A stretch of 58,207 nt of DNA, the filler included, from Malassezia furfur (lineage: Eukaryota): the NCBI GenBank assembly GCA_052055015.1. It is 3 parts of 3 records of this genome, joined end to end, with 100 filler letters (N's around TTAATTAATTAA, not from the genome) between each part and the next. Parts side by side here need not be neighbours in the genome. Positions count along the whole stretch, not along the records: positions 38,908 to 58,207 come from JBQJIT010000192.1; 2 more parts are not named here. One strand, 5' to 3'. This document shows, in pieces, positions 43,356-58,207 of the stretch (positions are counted from its first letter, which is position 1; every line of letters starts with the position of its first letter). Made by a program: the position numbers and the translations under genes. The notes under the pieces are model-generated. The model searched no databases. It saw only the letters and a list, made by a program, of their open reading frames with translations, and was not told the origin of the DNA.

Positions 43356-45059
43356 CTACATGGGCCCCGGCCCGCCGCTCTTCAGCGAAGAGCGGCCGGC
43401 GCGGAGGATCTCGTCTACAGACAGCAGATTGGACGCAATCACCGAACTGCTGTGAATCATGTGCCGCTTCACGCGGTAGTTGTCCCACACGCCCGTCACC
43501 ACGGGGTCCATGACCTCGCCCGTCTGCAGGTCGAGGCCGACGACGTGCCCATCCGCACACTCGTCCTGCAGCGTGACGATCGCATCCTGAATATCGAGGC
43601 CCGCATTGCTCGCGAGCGTCTTGGGGATGATCATGAGCGCCTGCGCAAACGCCTCGACGCCGAGCTTGGCACGCCCCTTGGCACTGCGGCGCACCGTATC
43701 GAGCAGGTAGTTGGCCGCACACACCTCGAACGCACCCGCGCCGGGCACCAGCGCACGGTCCTCGATGGCGTTCTTGACGCTGCGCAGACCGTCGCGCACC
43801 GCGTCCTGGATCTGGTTCATCGTGTACGTATTCGGGCCCTTGATGAGCAGCGTCACACTCTTCGGGTCCTTGGTATCCTCCACGAACGTGTACTTTTCCT
43901 CGCCGAGCGTGTGCTCGTACACCAGCCCCGCCCAGCCGAGGATGTCGGGCGTGAGGTCGTCGACGCTGTTCTGTGCGACACCGCCGCAGCACAGCTGCAG
44001 GCGCTCCATGTTGCGGCGCTTGGCACGGCGCAGCGCAAGGATGCCGTGCTTGGCGAGGATGTCGAGCGACATGGGGTCAATGCCCTTTTGGTTGAAGATC
44101 ACAAACGACTTGCGCTCGGACTCGGGCGTGTTCGCCGGCGCATCACACACCGCGTCCTTCAGCTCAATGATCTTTTTCAGCTTCGCGTCCACGAAGCGGC
44201 GCTCCGACTCGACGAGCTTCTCGCGCTGCTCCGCCGAGGAGTAGAAGAAGCCCGAGTTGATTTCGGTCTTTTCGTATTCAAGGCTGACGTTCAGCGTGAG
44301 CACGTAGGCGTTCTTGACGCGCTTCGGCATGTCGGCGTGCCGTGCGCCGTGGTCCAGCACCAGCCCACGGATCAGACGCGTGTCCGACTCGCTCTTGTGC
44401 TGCATCTTCATGATTTCGATCATGTGCAGGTCGATCGGGTCGCGGCTCTGCCACGCGGCGATGTCCTCGGTGGTGCCATCCGCGGCAGGGGCGGGCGCCG
44501 ACAGCTCGGGGTCGCGCGGCTTGATGGCCAGCACCGCATCCACCACGCTGTCGGCCAGCTGCGTGGCAAGCTTGGAGGGCAGTTTGGTGTCCAGCGCCGT
44601 GCGCGCCACCGAGATGAGTGTCGCGCGGTCCGGCGTCTGCTGGACCTTGAACGTCTCCAAGAACTGCAGCACGCCCGCCTTGGCAACGTCAAAGCCGTCC
44701 GACACGACACGACTCGGCACGCCTTCCTGGATGTAGCGCTCCGCCTGCTTGAGCAGCTCGCCCACAAGCAGCACGACCGAGGTTGTGCCATCGCCGCACT
44801 GCTCATCCTGTGCAACGGCGGTGCGCGCAATCATCGCCGCCGTCGGGTTCTGGATCTGCATCTCGGTGAGCAGCACTTTGCCATCCTTGGTCATCTTCAG
44901 GTTGCCCGAACCGTCGACGAGCATCTTGAGCGTGCCGCGCGGGCCCAGGTTCGAGCGCACGACCTGCGCAAGACCTACGGCGCCAGCAATGTTCACCTGC
45001 AGCGCCTGGATCCGCCGCACGGACTCGGCCCTCGGGTTGATGAGCTCCACGGCCGACAT
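43356..45059 (-). CDS. CCT6: Chaperonin CCT zeta subunit
   Basis: [46 protein letters not shown]. Confidence 0.97.
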   Translation of the reverse strand: MSAVELINPRAESVRRIQALQVNIAGAVGLAQVVRSNLGPRGTLKMLVDGSGNLKMTKDGKVLLTEMQIQNPTAAMIARTAVAQDEQCGDGTTSVVLLVGELLKQAERYIQEGVPSRVVSDGFDVAKAGVLQFLETFKVQQTPDRATLISVARTALDTKLPSKLATQLADSVVDAVLAIKPRDPELSAPAPAADGTTEDIAAWQSRDPIDLHMIEIMKMQHKSESDTRLIRGLVLDHGARHADMPKRVKNAYVLTLNVSLEYEKTEINSGFFYSSAEQREKLVESERRFVDAKLKKIIELKDAVCDAPANTPESERKSFVIFNQKGIDPMSLDILAKHGILALRRAKRRNMERLQLCCGGVAQNSVDDLTPDILGWAGLVYEHTLGEEKYTFVEDTKDPKSVTLLIKGPNTYTMNQIQDAVRDGLRSVKNAIEDRALVPGAGAFEVCAANYLLDTVRRSAKGRAKLGVEAFAQALMIIPKTLASNAGLDIQDAIVTLQDECADGHVVGLDLQTGEVMDPVVTGVWDNYRVKRHMIHSSSVIASNLLSVDEILRAGRSSLKSGGPGPM

Positions 45060-45138
45060 GGTAGACGCAGGACGGGGCGACGAAAACGACGCGCGCCCCT
45101 TGTATTTCCCAGGCTCAGCAAAATACATACATCCCATA

Positions 45139-48100
45139 CTACAATTTGAGCTCGGCCAAGATGCGCTTCGCCAGCATCTGGTACTGCCACGCGTTGCCCG
45201 ACAGCCGCCGGAACTGCAGGCCGTTGATGCCGAGCAGCAGCGGCACTTTGACGACAAACACCTCGAAAAAGACGTTCACGTCGCCCTCGCCTCCAGGCGT
45301 CGCCTCGGCACGCGGCGCGTCCGTCGCCGCACGTGGCGCCTCCGCCGCGCCGTTCGACGCGCGGTCGATGCCTACCTGGCCGATCCCGGTCGCCGCGGGC
45401 GGCACGTCGCGCGCCTCGAGACCAGCATCGCCGCTCGCATGCACGGCCGTCATCGAGGTGGGCATCGAGGTCGTCGAGGTCGTGAGCGGCGGTGCAGTCT
45501 TGTTGCCCTCCGAGTGCTCCCAAGCGACGCTCGGCTTGTACACACACTCGAACCCGCCACGGATCTCGCGGTGCGGGATGCCCATCTCGTCTAGCACACG
45601 GATGAGGTCGCGCCGGATCACTTGTCGCGATCGACGGCTCGTCGTGTGCACGCTAAACAGGCCCTTGAGGAACACGGGCTTCGACATAGCCTCGTCAGGC
45701 GACAGCGGCATCTCGGGCGTCGACGCCGGCGCATGCGCCGTTTGCGGCGTATTCGGCGTGCTAGGCGTACCAGGCGTGTCCGACGCGGGCCCGGGCAGGT
45801 GCGCTCCGCTCGTATCCATGAGTGACGAGGTGCGCGAGCGCGCCCCCGACGGCGACCTCACCCGCATGGTGCCGAAGCGGCGCGAGAGCGTCGCGTCGCT
45901 CGGCGCGGCCGATTGCTGCGTGTGCGCTGCAAGCGACGTGTTCGCTGATGTCGCGTTCGGCGTCATGCGCCCGGGCGCCGTGCCGCTCTCGTCGGCGATC
46001 GTGCTGAGCGAGGGCAGCGCACGTTGTCCACCGCTGAACGCAAGCGGCGAGGGGAGCATCGACTGGCGTTCCAGCGAGCCTGCCGAGCTCGGCGTGCGGC
46101 TCCCGGTCGAGACGGTCGAGCTGCGGCGCAGGCCGCCACGGGCGTCGCTACCGGGCGCTGTCGGGAGGTGCTTGTTGTGCCACGGCGGCAGCTCGGGGCT
46201 CGGCAGCGAGCTGAGCAGGCTCGACTCGAGCTCGTCGGCGTGCGCACGCGCACGCGGCGGACCGAGCATGAGGCCGTGCGGCTGCGACTTTTGCCGCGAC
46301 TCGAACACGGGCGTAGGCGCCTCGTTGTTGCCGCCCGCATTGCTCGAGCCCATGGCGCGCGGCGGCGGTGTGAGCACGCCGAGGTGGCTGGGCGTGTCGG
46401 TCGTGCGGTGGGACGCGTGGGTCTGCTCGGGCACCTTGACGGGCTCGTGGGGTATATCAGCCGAGGTGGGCATCGGCATCGTCGATGCGACAGGCGTGTG
46501 CGTCGGCACCGACTCGGGCGCGAGCGCAGTGCCGGCCGATGCCACGCCGGCGCCCCGCAGCGCGGTGGCTGCGGTGGCGCCCGTCTCGAGCGCGATGTCG
46601 CTCGAGGCGAACGAGATTTGGCCATACACCTTTTCGCGTTGCATCTTTTCATGCACGAGATAGTAGATCGAGATCAGTGGATGGTACCCCAGCGTGGGGT
46701 CGAGCGGGCCCTTGATGCCAGGGGCCTGCGGCGTGTCGGTCTTGGTCTCGTCGTCATCGCGCACACGCTGCGACAGGCGCCGGCGGTAAAAGTTGATGCC
46801 AGAGAAGGAGCGTGAGAGTCGGTTGCGGCCCTGCTCGGAGTTGCTGCGCTCTTCGTCGCCGTTTGTGCTGCGCTGCTCGGCGGCGGTGGTGGCCGCGCCT
46901 GGGTTCTGCTGCTGCTCCCAGTGCGCGAGCGCCGCCTGGTAGCCGTCGCTGCGGAGCAGCTCGTTGAGCCGTGCCTCGATTTCAGGGGCGGTGCCAAACT
47001 CGAATCCGGTCATGCCCTCGATCACCTCGCGATCGAGCATGCCCGGGCGCAGCGGCACACGTGCGGGCAGGTGCGCAGGCTCGACGTAGTCAAAACCCTT
47101 CATCATCCACGGGTGCGTCATCACCTCCTGCAGCGACGCGCGCTGCTGCGGGTTGGTCACCAGCATGCGCGACAGCAGCTGCTTGCACTCGGGGCTCAGC
47201 CACACGGGGTACTCGACCTGGCCGCGCTTGATCTTGGCGTGCAGTGCGGGCATGTTTTGGTCGTCGAACGGAACCTTGCCACACACAAGCACGTACAGCA
47301 CCACGCCGAAACTCCACACGTCCACTTCGGGGCCCGTGTAGACGCGCGCGTTGAGCAGCTCGGGCGCGGCAAAGTACAGCGAGCCACAGAAGGTGTTGAG
47401 GTGCGAGTGCGGCGAGTACAGGTTGGACAGGCCAAAGTCGATGATTTTGATGTTGCCCGACTTGGAGATGAGGATGTTTTCAATCTTCAAGTCGCGGTGC
47501 ACCACATTGTTGGCGTGGCAGTACTGCAGCGCGCTGCCAATCTGCCGCGCAAAGTTGCGCGCACTGCGCTCGCGCAGCCGGCCATGCGAGATGATGTAGT
47601 CGAGCATCTGCCCGCCATTGATGTACTCAAACACCATGTAGTAGTGGTTGTGGTGCACAATCATCTCGCGCATCCCACAAATGTACGGGTGGCGCAGCAG
47701 CAGCTGTAGACTGCCCTCGCGCAGGATGCGCACCTCTTTCGACTTGTCCTTGGCCGCGGCGCGCTGCAGCGCCGCATTCAGCTCCTGGTCCGACTGACTG
47801 CTTGCCTGCCCAGGATGCCGCTTGGCCTTTTCGCGTGCCTGGTGCTGCACCGCGTTCACCGACGTGTGCCGCGGGATGATTTTCACCGCAACTTTTTCCC
47901 CGGTGACTTTGTGGCACCCATATTTGACCTTGCCCATGCTGCCGGCACCGATGGTCTTGCCGAGCATGTAGTCGCCCAACGACCACCGGTACCGTTCCGA
48001 ACGCTGCGGCGTCGTCCGCATACTGTCCGTCCGGTCGAGCTGCGTAGGCGGTCGTGCCGAGACCGACGCATGTCGCGCCAAGTCGCCGGATGCATTCTCG

Positions 48101-48794
48101 TGCGTGGGCTCCTTGGCTCCAGGCGTCAGGCTCGGTGGGCGCGACTGCCGCGGAAGCGTATTGGCTCGCGCCACCGACGCAGGGCTCAGCGCGCGCGGAG
48201 CGTGCGCCTCGTTGTGGACCACGCGCGACGCATGCGGCGCGGTCGGCAAGCCAGGGACCGCCATGCCCAGCAACTCGGGGTCCACCAACCCGCCATCCTG
48301 CGCAGGGCCGGGGGCGCTGGCGCCACGACAGGACGCAGCGGCGACAGCGGCCGTTGCTGCGGGTCAAGCGAGTTCGGCATGAGCGGCGGCGACGCAACCT
48401 GCGACGCCTGTGGGTTTGGCACGGGTAGGTGCATGTCTGTCTGTGCCTTCTCCTCCATACCCGTCACGATCGGCGCAAGATAGCCAAGGTCCATCTCGCG
48501 CGGCGAGCGTGCGGGGGGAGGGTGCGTTGCGGACGTCGGCGTCGTGGGGGTTTGCGCTTCGCTCATATCCACCACGGGCGAGTCCTGAGAAATGGGTTGA
48601 AGAGAAGGGCGACGAGAGGGACCGTTGCTGGCGCCCTGCGCGGATTGCACGTCATGGAGCGCATCCAAGGCATCGCTGGACAGGGGGATCGCCAATGCAG
48701 GCACCTGCGCAGAGCCCTCGGCGTGGCCTGACTGCGCAGTATGCTTTAGACCGTGCTGCTCGTCGCCAGGAACAATGGGCAACGTATCTGCCAT
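45139..48794 (-). CDS. KIN1: Kin1/Par-1/MARK Ser/Thr kinase with KA1 domain; frame break near 48310
   Basis: [53 protein letters not shown]1 end GLQFRR..GNAWQY. Upstream ORF 48186-48815 is probably the N-terminus. Confidence 0.9.
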
Positions 48795-49396
48795 GAGAGT
48801 ACGCGGCGCCGTCAACCGTCACTCGTTGAAAACGGGGGGCGTCGCGCGTACGAGCGGACTCAAACAAACGGCGTGGATCGCACCACAAGGAAGGAAGGGT
48901 AGCGAGGAAGACGCACGCAAACGCCTACGAATTTTGCTGCTCTTCCTAGGGATAGAGCACAAGCGATGCACACTAAACGCTCTCACACCCAAGTTCCTGC
49001 GAAAATCGAGTCGTAGCGCAAACGCGTCGGTCGATGGATTATTGGCTTCGACGAATTAAAATGTGGGCCATGCCCACTTTTGTCAAGCCCCACCGCGTGT
49101 CCCGCGAGCGCGCGGCGTACCCCGGGTTAATCTCGTCTAGATCTGACTAAGCAGCGTCCTGGTCGCCAGACCCGCACGGCGGCCTCGGGTCGGGCCGGCC
49201 AAATGCCCCACACCGGCAAAGTGTGGAGGTGGAACCGGTCCTGACAGGCGGAGACCCTAGGAGCACGCACGGCCGCACCTGCCGACAGCAGACACATGAA
49301 AGTTTGCTTCATTTTGCATGGTGCGAACCATTAAGCTATGCACACTTGGTCCACATACTCTCCATTACATCGGGTCGTGTATAGAAAGGAAGCTAC

Positions 49397-49716
49397 TCAG
49401 AGCTTCGAGTCGCCCTCCGCGAGCGAGCCAATTTTGAATTTCGGAGCAACCTCCTTAAGCACGTAGTCCGGGTGATAGTTGACAAACTTGGCCGTCGCAT
49501 CAGAGCCGATGTTCTTGAGCAGGATCTTGCGGCCACCCGGGTGGTCGTCCAGGAACTCGGTCACGTCGTAGACGTTGCCCTTGATCGCGACCCAGGCCGA
49601 CTCGTCTGTACCCGTGTTAGCAAGCCGGACTTTCTGGCATCGGGTGGCGCACCACCTCGACCATACATACCCGTGTTGTGCTTCTTCACTTCGTCCAGCG
49701 TAATGCTCTTCGACAT
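49397..49716 (-). CDS. Small soluble cytochrome b5-like heme-binding protein (65-nt intron 49606-49670)
   Basis: [40 protein letters not shown]. Confidence 0.92.
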
Positions 49717-49888
49717 GGTTAGAGACAAGGTTTAAGCTTAGGGTTGCCTGGGTGACCACCCCGCCCAATTTCCCGCCCAATCAGGAGCCGGTGATTAGGG
49801 AGCGGTAGCCTGAGAGAGATTATGTCAGTATTATCTAATCGGACGTACTCCCTGTGCGCAACGTGGAGGTTCGCAGGGACTCATCAAA

Positions 49889-50845
49889 ATGTCGTCGGAG
49901 GCGGAGCAGACGCAGCGGGGGACGAAGCGGCCGATCGATGTACGCAAACCAAAAGAAATGAGGCTAACGCGGTGCAGGATGAGTATCCTGAGGATGGTTA
50001 CGAATCGGATCCGCCCGTCATGAACTCCACTAGCTCACTTCAAAAAGAAGTGATCACCAAGCACGGGGGTGGACTGGGCACGCCTACGGGCGCCAAGACC
50101 AACATCAATGGCTTCTCAGAAGTGACTGAAGCGCTGCAGTCCGTAATGAATAAGGATGGACTCGGCTGGCCTGCAAAGAAAACGCTGGATCGCTTGCGCC
50201 AGACGCCGGCAGAAGCCGAAGCGAACGAGAAGCGTCTGGAGGGAGCGGTCAAGACCATCTTGGAATGTCTTGGCGAGGACCCGGAGCGCGAAGGTCTCAA
50301 AGATACCCCTAAACGCTATGCTCGTGCGCTTCTGTGGATGACCAAGGGGTACGAAGAGCAGTTGTGTGGTACGTGGGAATGGCGCGTGCTCTGGATGCTA
50401 ACCCTAGACGTGATTTCCAATGCTATTTTCGATGAGGATCACGACGAGATGGTGATTGTCCGGGAAATTCCTGTCTACAGCTTGTGCGAGCACCACTTGG
50501 TGCCGTTCACGGGCAAGGTATGTATCGTGGACCTTCCTAATACAGATCCACATTGGCTATATTCCCAACCGAATGGTGATTGGCCTTTCGAAGCTCGCAC
50601 GTATCGCCGAAACGTTTGCGCGGCGTCTCTCTGTGCAAGAGCGTCTTACGCGACAGGTTGCATTGGCGCTTGACGAAGCATTGAAGCCGCGCGGTGTCGC
50701 CGTGGTGATGGAGTGTGAGCATATGTGCATGTCGATGCGTGGCGTTCAGAAGCCTGGCGCGAGCACGGTCACGAGTTGCATGCTCGGTGTGTTCCGCAAC
50801 CGTCAAAAAACTCGTGAAGAGTTTTTGAGTCTCATCCGACACTAA
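49889..50845 (+). CDS. FOL2: GTP cyclohydrolase I (introns 49940-49977, 50369-50407, 50518-50545)
   Basis: [40 protein letters not shown]. Confidence 0.95.
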
Positions 50846-51061
50846 CGACGCACTCCTCCCTTCCGGCGACCGGAGCGTCAACCGCTCCACATACGCCGCT
50901 GCGGCGAGTCGGCGCCGTCGTCTCCCGATTGCCCGATCCAAGTTCTGGTGGAGGTATAATTCTGCCATTCTTGGAATAATGTCACGTGTTATATAGTACC
51001 AAACTGGGCAACCTAAGCCTCAACGCACTCGTTTGATCCTCTCAACCGTCGTAACGTCACC

Positions 51062-51511
51062 ATGCCGAAGGTTTCTATGGGTAACAAGTACCGCATGACG
51101 CTGGGTCTCCCGGTGGGTGCGGTCATCAACTGCGCCGACAACTCGGGTGCGAAGAACCTGTTCGTCATTGCCGTCGTCGGTGTTGGTGCGGCGATGAACC
51201 GTCTGCCCGCGGCGGCTGCTGGTGACATGTTCGTGGCTTCCGTCAAGAAGGGTAAGCCCGAGCTCAGGAAGAAGGTGCTTGCTGCTGTCGTTGTGCGCCA
51301 GCGCAAGCCGTGGCGCCGTCGCGACGGTGTCTTCCTGTACTTCGAGGACAACGCCGGTGTCATTGTTAACCCCAAGGGTGAGATGAAGGGCAGTGCCATC
51401 ACGGGCCCCGTTGCCAAGGAATGCGTATGTATCTGACTTGTGTCACGGAATACTAACCTACAGGCTGACCTCTGGCCGCGTATCGCCTCGAACGCCGGCA
51501 CCGTGGTTTAA
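51062..51511 (+). CDS. RPL23: 60S ribosomal protein uL14/L23 (39-nt intron 51425-51463)
   Basis: [19 protein letters not shown]...[22 protein letters not shown]. Confidence 0.97.
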
Positions 51512-51709
51512 GCTTCGAAGCGTTTCCTCTTCAAAAAAAATCTCGCGTTTATTTGCTGCGCCTGCACATGTTCCGTCGACTGTCTTGATGGCGTGACGCA
51601 CGGCAGTTTGTGTTGCGACTAGGAACAGTCAAGGCAGTATTTAGACCATTGTGCTCATACCATGCAAATGCATATTCTACGACAACGCTCACCTCGACCA
51701 AGGTGCCTC

Positions 51710-53861
51710 TCAGGCGCTCTCCGCGCCCTCGACGAGCACGCGCGAGAGGTACTGGGCCACAGCGATGCGCACAGTGAGCATGCGGTCCTGGACCAACTTG
51801 CGCCTGGTCGCTGGCGAGGTGGTGGACGTGCCTGCCTCGCGTCCCAGGAGCTGCTCGAGCCAAGTGAAGTAGTAGGCCGACTGTGCCTCGGTGTCGCTCT
51901 GTTCCGCTGCGGGGGCGACCTTTTCCACGATGCGCAGCAGCTCGTACGTCTCGGCAAGCGTAAAGTAGAGTTCGGGTGCTGCGTCAGAGGTGGGATCTCG
52001 TACCTTGTATGAGCGGCAAAGCGTCGGCCAAGAGCACCGTCAGGAACGATTCGGGTGTCACGTCGCTGGTGAGCAGGCCGATGAGAACGTGTGCGGCGTC
52101 CGCCCAGGTGCTCTTGTCCGCATACAGCTCGAGAAAGTCGCGGTATTTTACATGGAAGACGAGCGGCGCAAACGTCTCTGTCGAAAAGATGCTCGACACT
52201 GTCGCGAACGGCGTTGCAAGCTCGGCGTTGTCGGCAGTGAGCCCCGCCTCGATGGCCACGGTTTCCGCATTGTCTAGCAGTACCCGCGGGATGGTGTCGA
52301 CGCTCTTGATGAACTGCTCTGCACCGTGCTCCACGAAATCGTGTAGCATCTGGTCGGCGATCAGCCGCACCTGCCGCGCGTCACGCGCACGGACACTGTA
52401 CGCGATGGCCAGGCCGTATTTTTTGTGCTCCATGAGGCTGTGACCGAGGCGCTGTGTCAGGCATGGGACGTACCTTGCAGATGATGCGCACTTCGTCGTC
52501 CATCCCATACTCGATGCACGCGCCGAGCACCTCCTCCACTTGCTTGAACTGCGCGTCGGCGTCGCCGATGTCCATCAGCGGCACGCTGAACAAGACGCCA
52601 CGCATCTTGGAGCGTGCCGCAGGCGTCTGGACCACGGCCAGGTACGACAAGGCCATGCGCCAGAGCCGCTCCTCGTTCAACAGCGTATCCGCCCACGCAA
52701 ACAGCACCGTGTCCATCAGCGGTGCGTCGTCGCTCCGCTGTGTGTCGTCGAGGAGCAGCGCCTTACTGCACAGGTCGCCCAGATGCGCTGCGAGCCACTC
52801 GTCAAAGGGGAGGCACTGCTTAATGCTCTTGGTGACGTCGCCGCGCATCAGCGACACGAGGATCATGTCGCTGCTGAGCGTGCCGTCGGGCTGGAGGTGG
52901 TCGGTGATCAGCTGGACGACCTCGCTGTGTGAGTAGGTCAACGTACGGAAGGTCGTCACGCTTCATGGCGGGCTGGACGAGCGTGCCCCATGCACACAGC
53001 GCCTCGACCCAGTTTTCCGAAAACTCGAGGATCCGGTCCTGCACGCCGCACAGCAGCTCAAGCAGGCAGCGGAACTGCGCCTCGAGCTCGAGGCGCTCCT
53101 CTTCGGCATGCTCGTGCCCACTAGAGGTCAGCTCGGACTGCACGGCGTTCATCTTGCGCTGCAGGCCCGACAGGAAGACGCGCACCGACGTATGCCAATT
53201 GCGGTGCGCCGAGAAGAACGCCGGCTCCGTCGCGTATCCCGTAGAGCGCGGGAGCGACTTGAGGATCTGCGACGTCTCGCTTGCAATGTTCTGCAGCGTG
53301 GGCGACACGCCCGGTGCGTGATAGCTCTGCAGCACCGTCGCGGCCGTCGTGTAGAAGCCGCGCAGGACGCAGCGGAATAGGTAGTCCCAGAATTCGGGGT
53401 GGTCGTACGACGGCGAGGTCTGGGCAATTTGCTGGCCCTGCTCGGTGGTGGGCGCTGCGTGAGTGGCTACACGTACCAACATCGTGCGCATTGAGCCAGT
53501 GCAGCAGCTCTTCGCCAAGCACGCCCATTCCGCGCCCGTCCTCGGGGAAGTAGAGCACCTGCGCGAGGTGGAAGATGGTCTGGAGCGTCTGAATATGCTT
53601 CAGGTACTCGGCATCGCTCGATGCGTCGGCGTCGAGCGCGTCAATGTACGTCTGGAGCGTGTCGCAATACAGTGTGCCGATGCGGTAATAATACTGCATC
53701 GTCTGCACCGACGGCCCCGCAGCCAGCCATGCCGCCGTGTCCTCGCCGCGATCTTCCTGCTGCTGCGATGCAGCGATCGACTGCAGCGAGGTAAAGATGG
53801 TGAACGACTGGGTATAGAACTGTGTCCGCGCCGACGCATCCGCGTCGGTCTCGGCGGCCAT
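51710..53861 (-). CDS. NUP85: Nucleoporin Nup85 (introns 53455-53476, 52925-52946, 52452-52473, 51979-52003)
   Basis: Five ORF pieces join in frame through four GT-AG introns; motifs LLHWLN, HPEFWDYL..CVLRG, WLAAHLGDL, LWRMALSYL. Confidence 0.85.
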
Positions 53862-53913
53862 CGTCGCAACAGAGGAGTGGGATTACGGAAATATTTTGGC
53901 GCACAGGCGCTCG

Positions 53914-54705
53914 CTACGGCGCGTCGAGCTCGGGGTAGTGGCGGAAGAGGCCGTCGCTGAAGGCGCGGCGGCGCGTACTGTGCAGGTATGCGTCAAGCTC
54001 AGAGGCGAGCTCGGAGCGGAAGCGGCCGAGTTCCGGCGTCGAGGACGCCATCTGCTGCATCGTCCGGGGGAACGCAAAGTGGAGTCCCTCGAGCACCTGG
54101 AACAGGACGAGGTCGGCAATCGAGGTCGTGGTGCCAAGCGTGCGACGCACGTTGGTCGCGCGCGTGTTTTGCGCGAGGGCCGCCTCAAAGTACTGGGTGA
54201 GCGGTGCGCAGGCGTACCGTCGCAAACTTCGGGATGCGCTCCTCACGGAACTGCTTGGCAGCCTCGGCAGCGGCCTCTTTTTGTTGCTCGTAGTAGAGTC
54301 CGACGCCGCTGCGGTGAGTGTGTGCACGTACATCGGATGGTGCACATTGTGTGCTTCGTTCGCCCAGTCGAGCGCCGTGAGCGTAAGCTGGAAGATGTTG
54401 GCGCGCGTCACGGCGGGGTCGACGTCGGGCTGCGTGCCCGCGAGCCCGAGCGTGGGCGCGAGGTAGTCGAGAATCGCCGGCGTCTGGCTCACAAAGGCGC
54501 GCGTATCTCCCTGCTGCACCTCGAGCAGCGGTACGGCAAAGTGCGGGGGCCGCCCTGCCTCGCCACGCTTCGGGTCCGTGAGCGCCTGCAACTTCTCGAT
54601 GTCGTTCACCTCGGTGAACGGCACCTTGGCATACTCGAACGCGAGGCGCACAAACTCGCCACGCCCCGGGATCTGGGGCCAGTAGTAGAGACAGTAACGT
54701 GCCAT
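53914..54705 (-). CDS. Glutathione S-transferase (introns 54309-54331, 54193-54217)
   Basis: LYYWPQIPGRGEFVRLAFE, SQTPAILDYL, spliced HHPIGVGLYYEQQK, ADLVLFQ..GL.FAFP. Confidence 0.88.
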   Translation of the reverse strand: MARYCLYYWPQIPGRGEFVRLAFEYAKVPFTEVNDIEKLQALTDPKRGEAGRPPHFAVPLLEVQQGDTRAFVSQTPAILDYLAPTLGLAGTQPDVDPAVTRANIFQLTLTALDWANEAHNVHHPMYVHTLTAAASDSTTSNKKRPLPRLPSSSVRSASRSLRRYACAPLTQYFEAALAQNTRATNVRRTLGTTTSIADLVLFQVLEGLHFAFPRTMQQMASSTPELGRFRSELASELDAYLHSTRRRAFSDGLFRHYPELDAP

Positions 54706-54762
54706 GCTGGAGGGAAACGACACTACGGAACACCTGCACGCCCGCACGGGCCGCGGCCAGAC

Positions 54763-54768
54763 CACGTG
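54763..54768. promoter_or_regulatory. CACGTG site in the 65-bp PRP43-GST spacer
   Basis: CACGTG lies 2 bp from the PRP43 stop codon, upstream of the GST ATG. Confidence 0.4.
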
Positions 54769-54770
54769 CT

Positions 54771-58207
<3,437 letters not shown>

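Noticed and set aside
49738..49800. TTAGGG telomere-like words in the cytochrome b5/FOL2 promoter
   Set aside because: Isolated copies, not an array; too few to support a telobox claim.
33477..53861. Apparent pseudogenes or programmed frameshifts in SPT8, TRM140, HAM1, FOL2 and NUP85
   Set aside because: Each break is resolved exactly by a consensus micro-intron.

Overview
This is GC-rich, extremely gene-dense fungal DNA. Gene content, compaction and intron style suggest a basidiomycete yeast, most likely Malassezia (inference). The window is three contigs joined by artificial N44-TTAATTAATTAA-N44 linkers (19380-19479, 38808-38907). It holds about 33 protein genes, mostly housekeeping (e.g. 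URB2, MET5, KOG1, KAP114, ERG26, SPT8, ALG7, CCT6, KIN1, FOL2, RPL23, NUP85, PRP43, SEC13), and two intron-containing tRNAs. Four things stand out. (1) About 31 spliceosomal introns can be inferred by hand; 25 are only 22-28 nt, with a rigid GTRYGT...CTNAC-N-CAG layout, and they explain most broken or frameshifted ORFs in the ORF track. (2) Intergenic spacers are ultra-short (17-99 bp, plus overlapping stop codons) and often contain a CACGTG motif. (3) A bacterial (actinobacterial-looking) ManC-type mannose-1-phosphate guanylyltransferase has acquired an intron. (4) Two orphan genes are present. All splice calls are manual inferences from frame restoration and remembered family motifs; no database search or RNA data was used.
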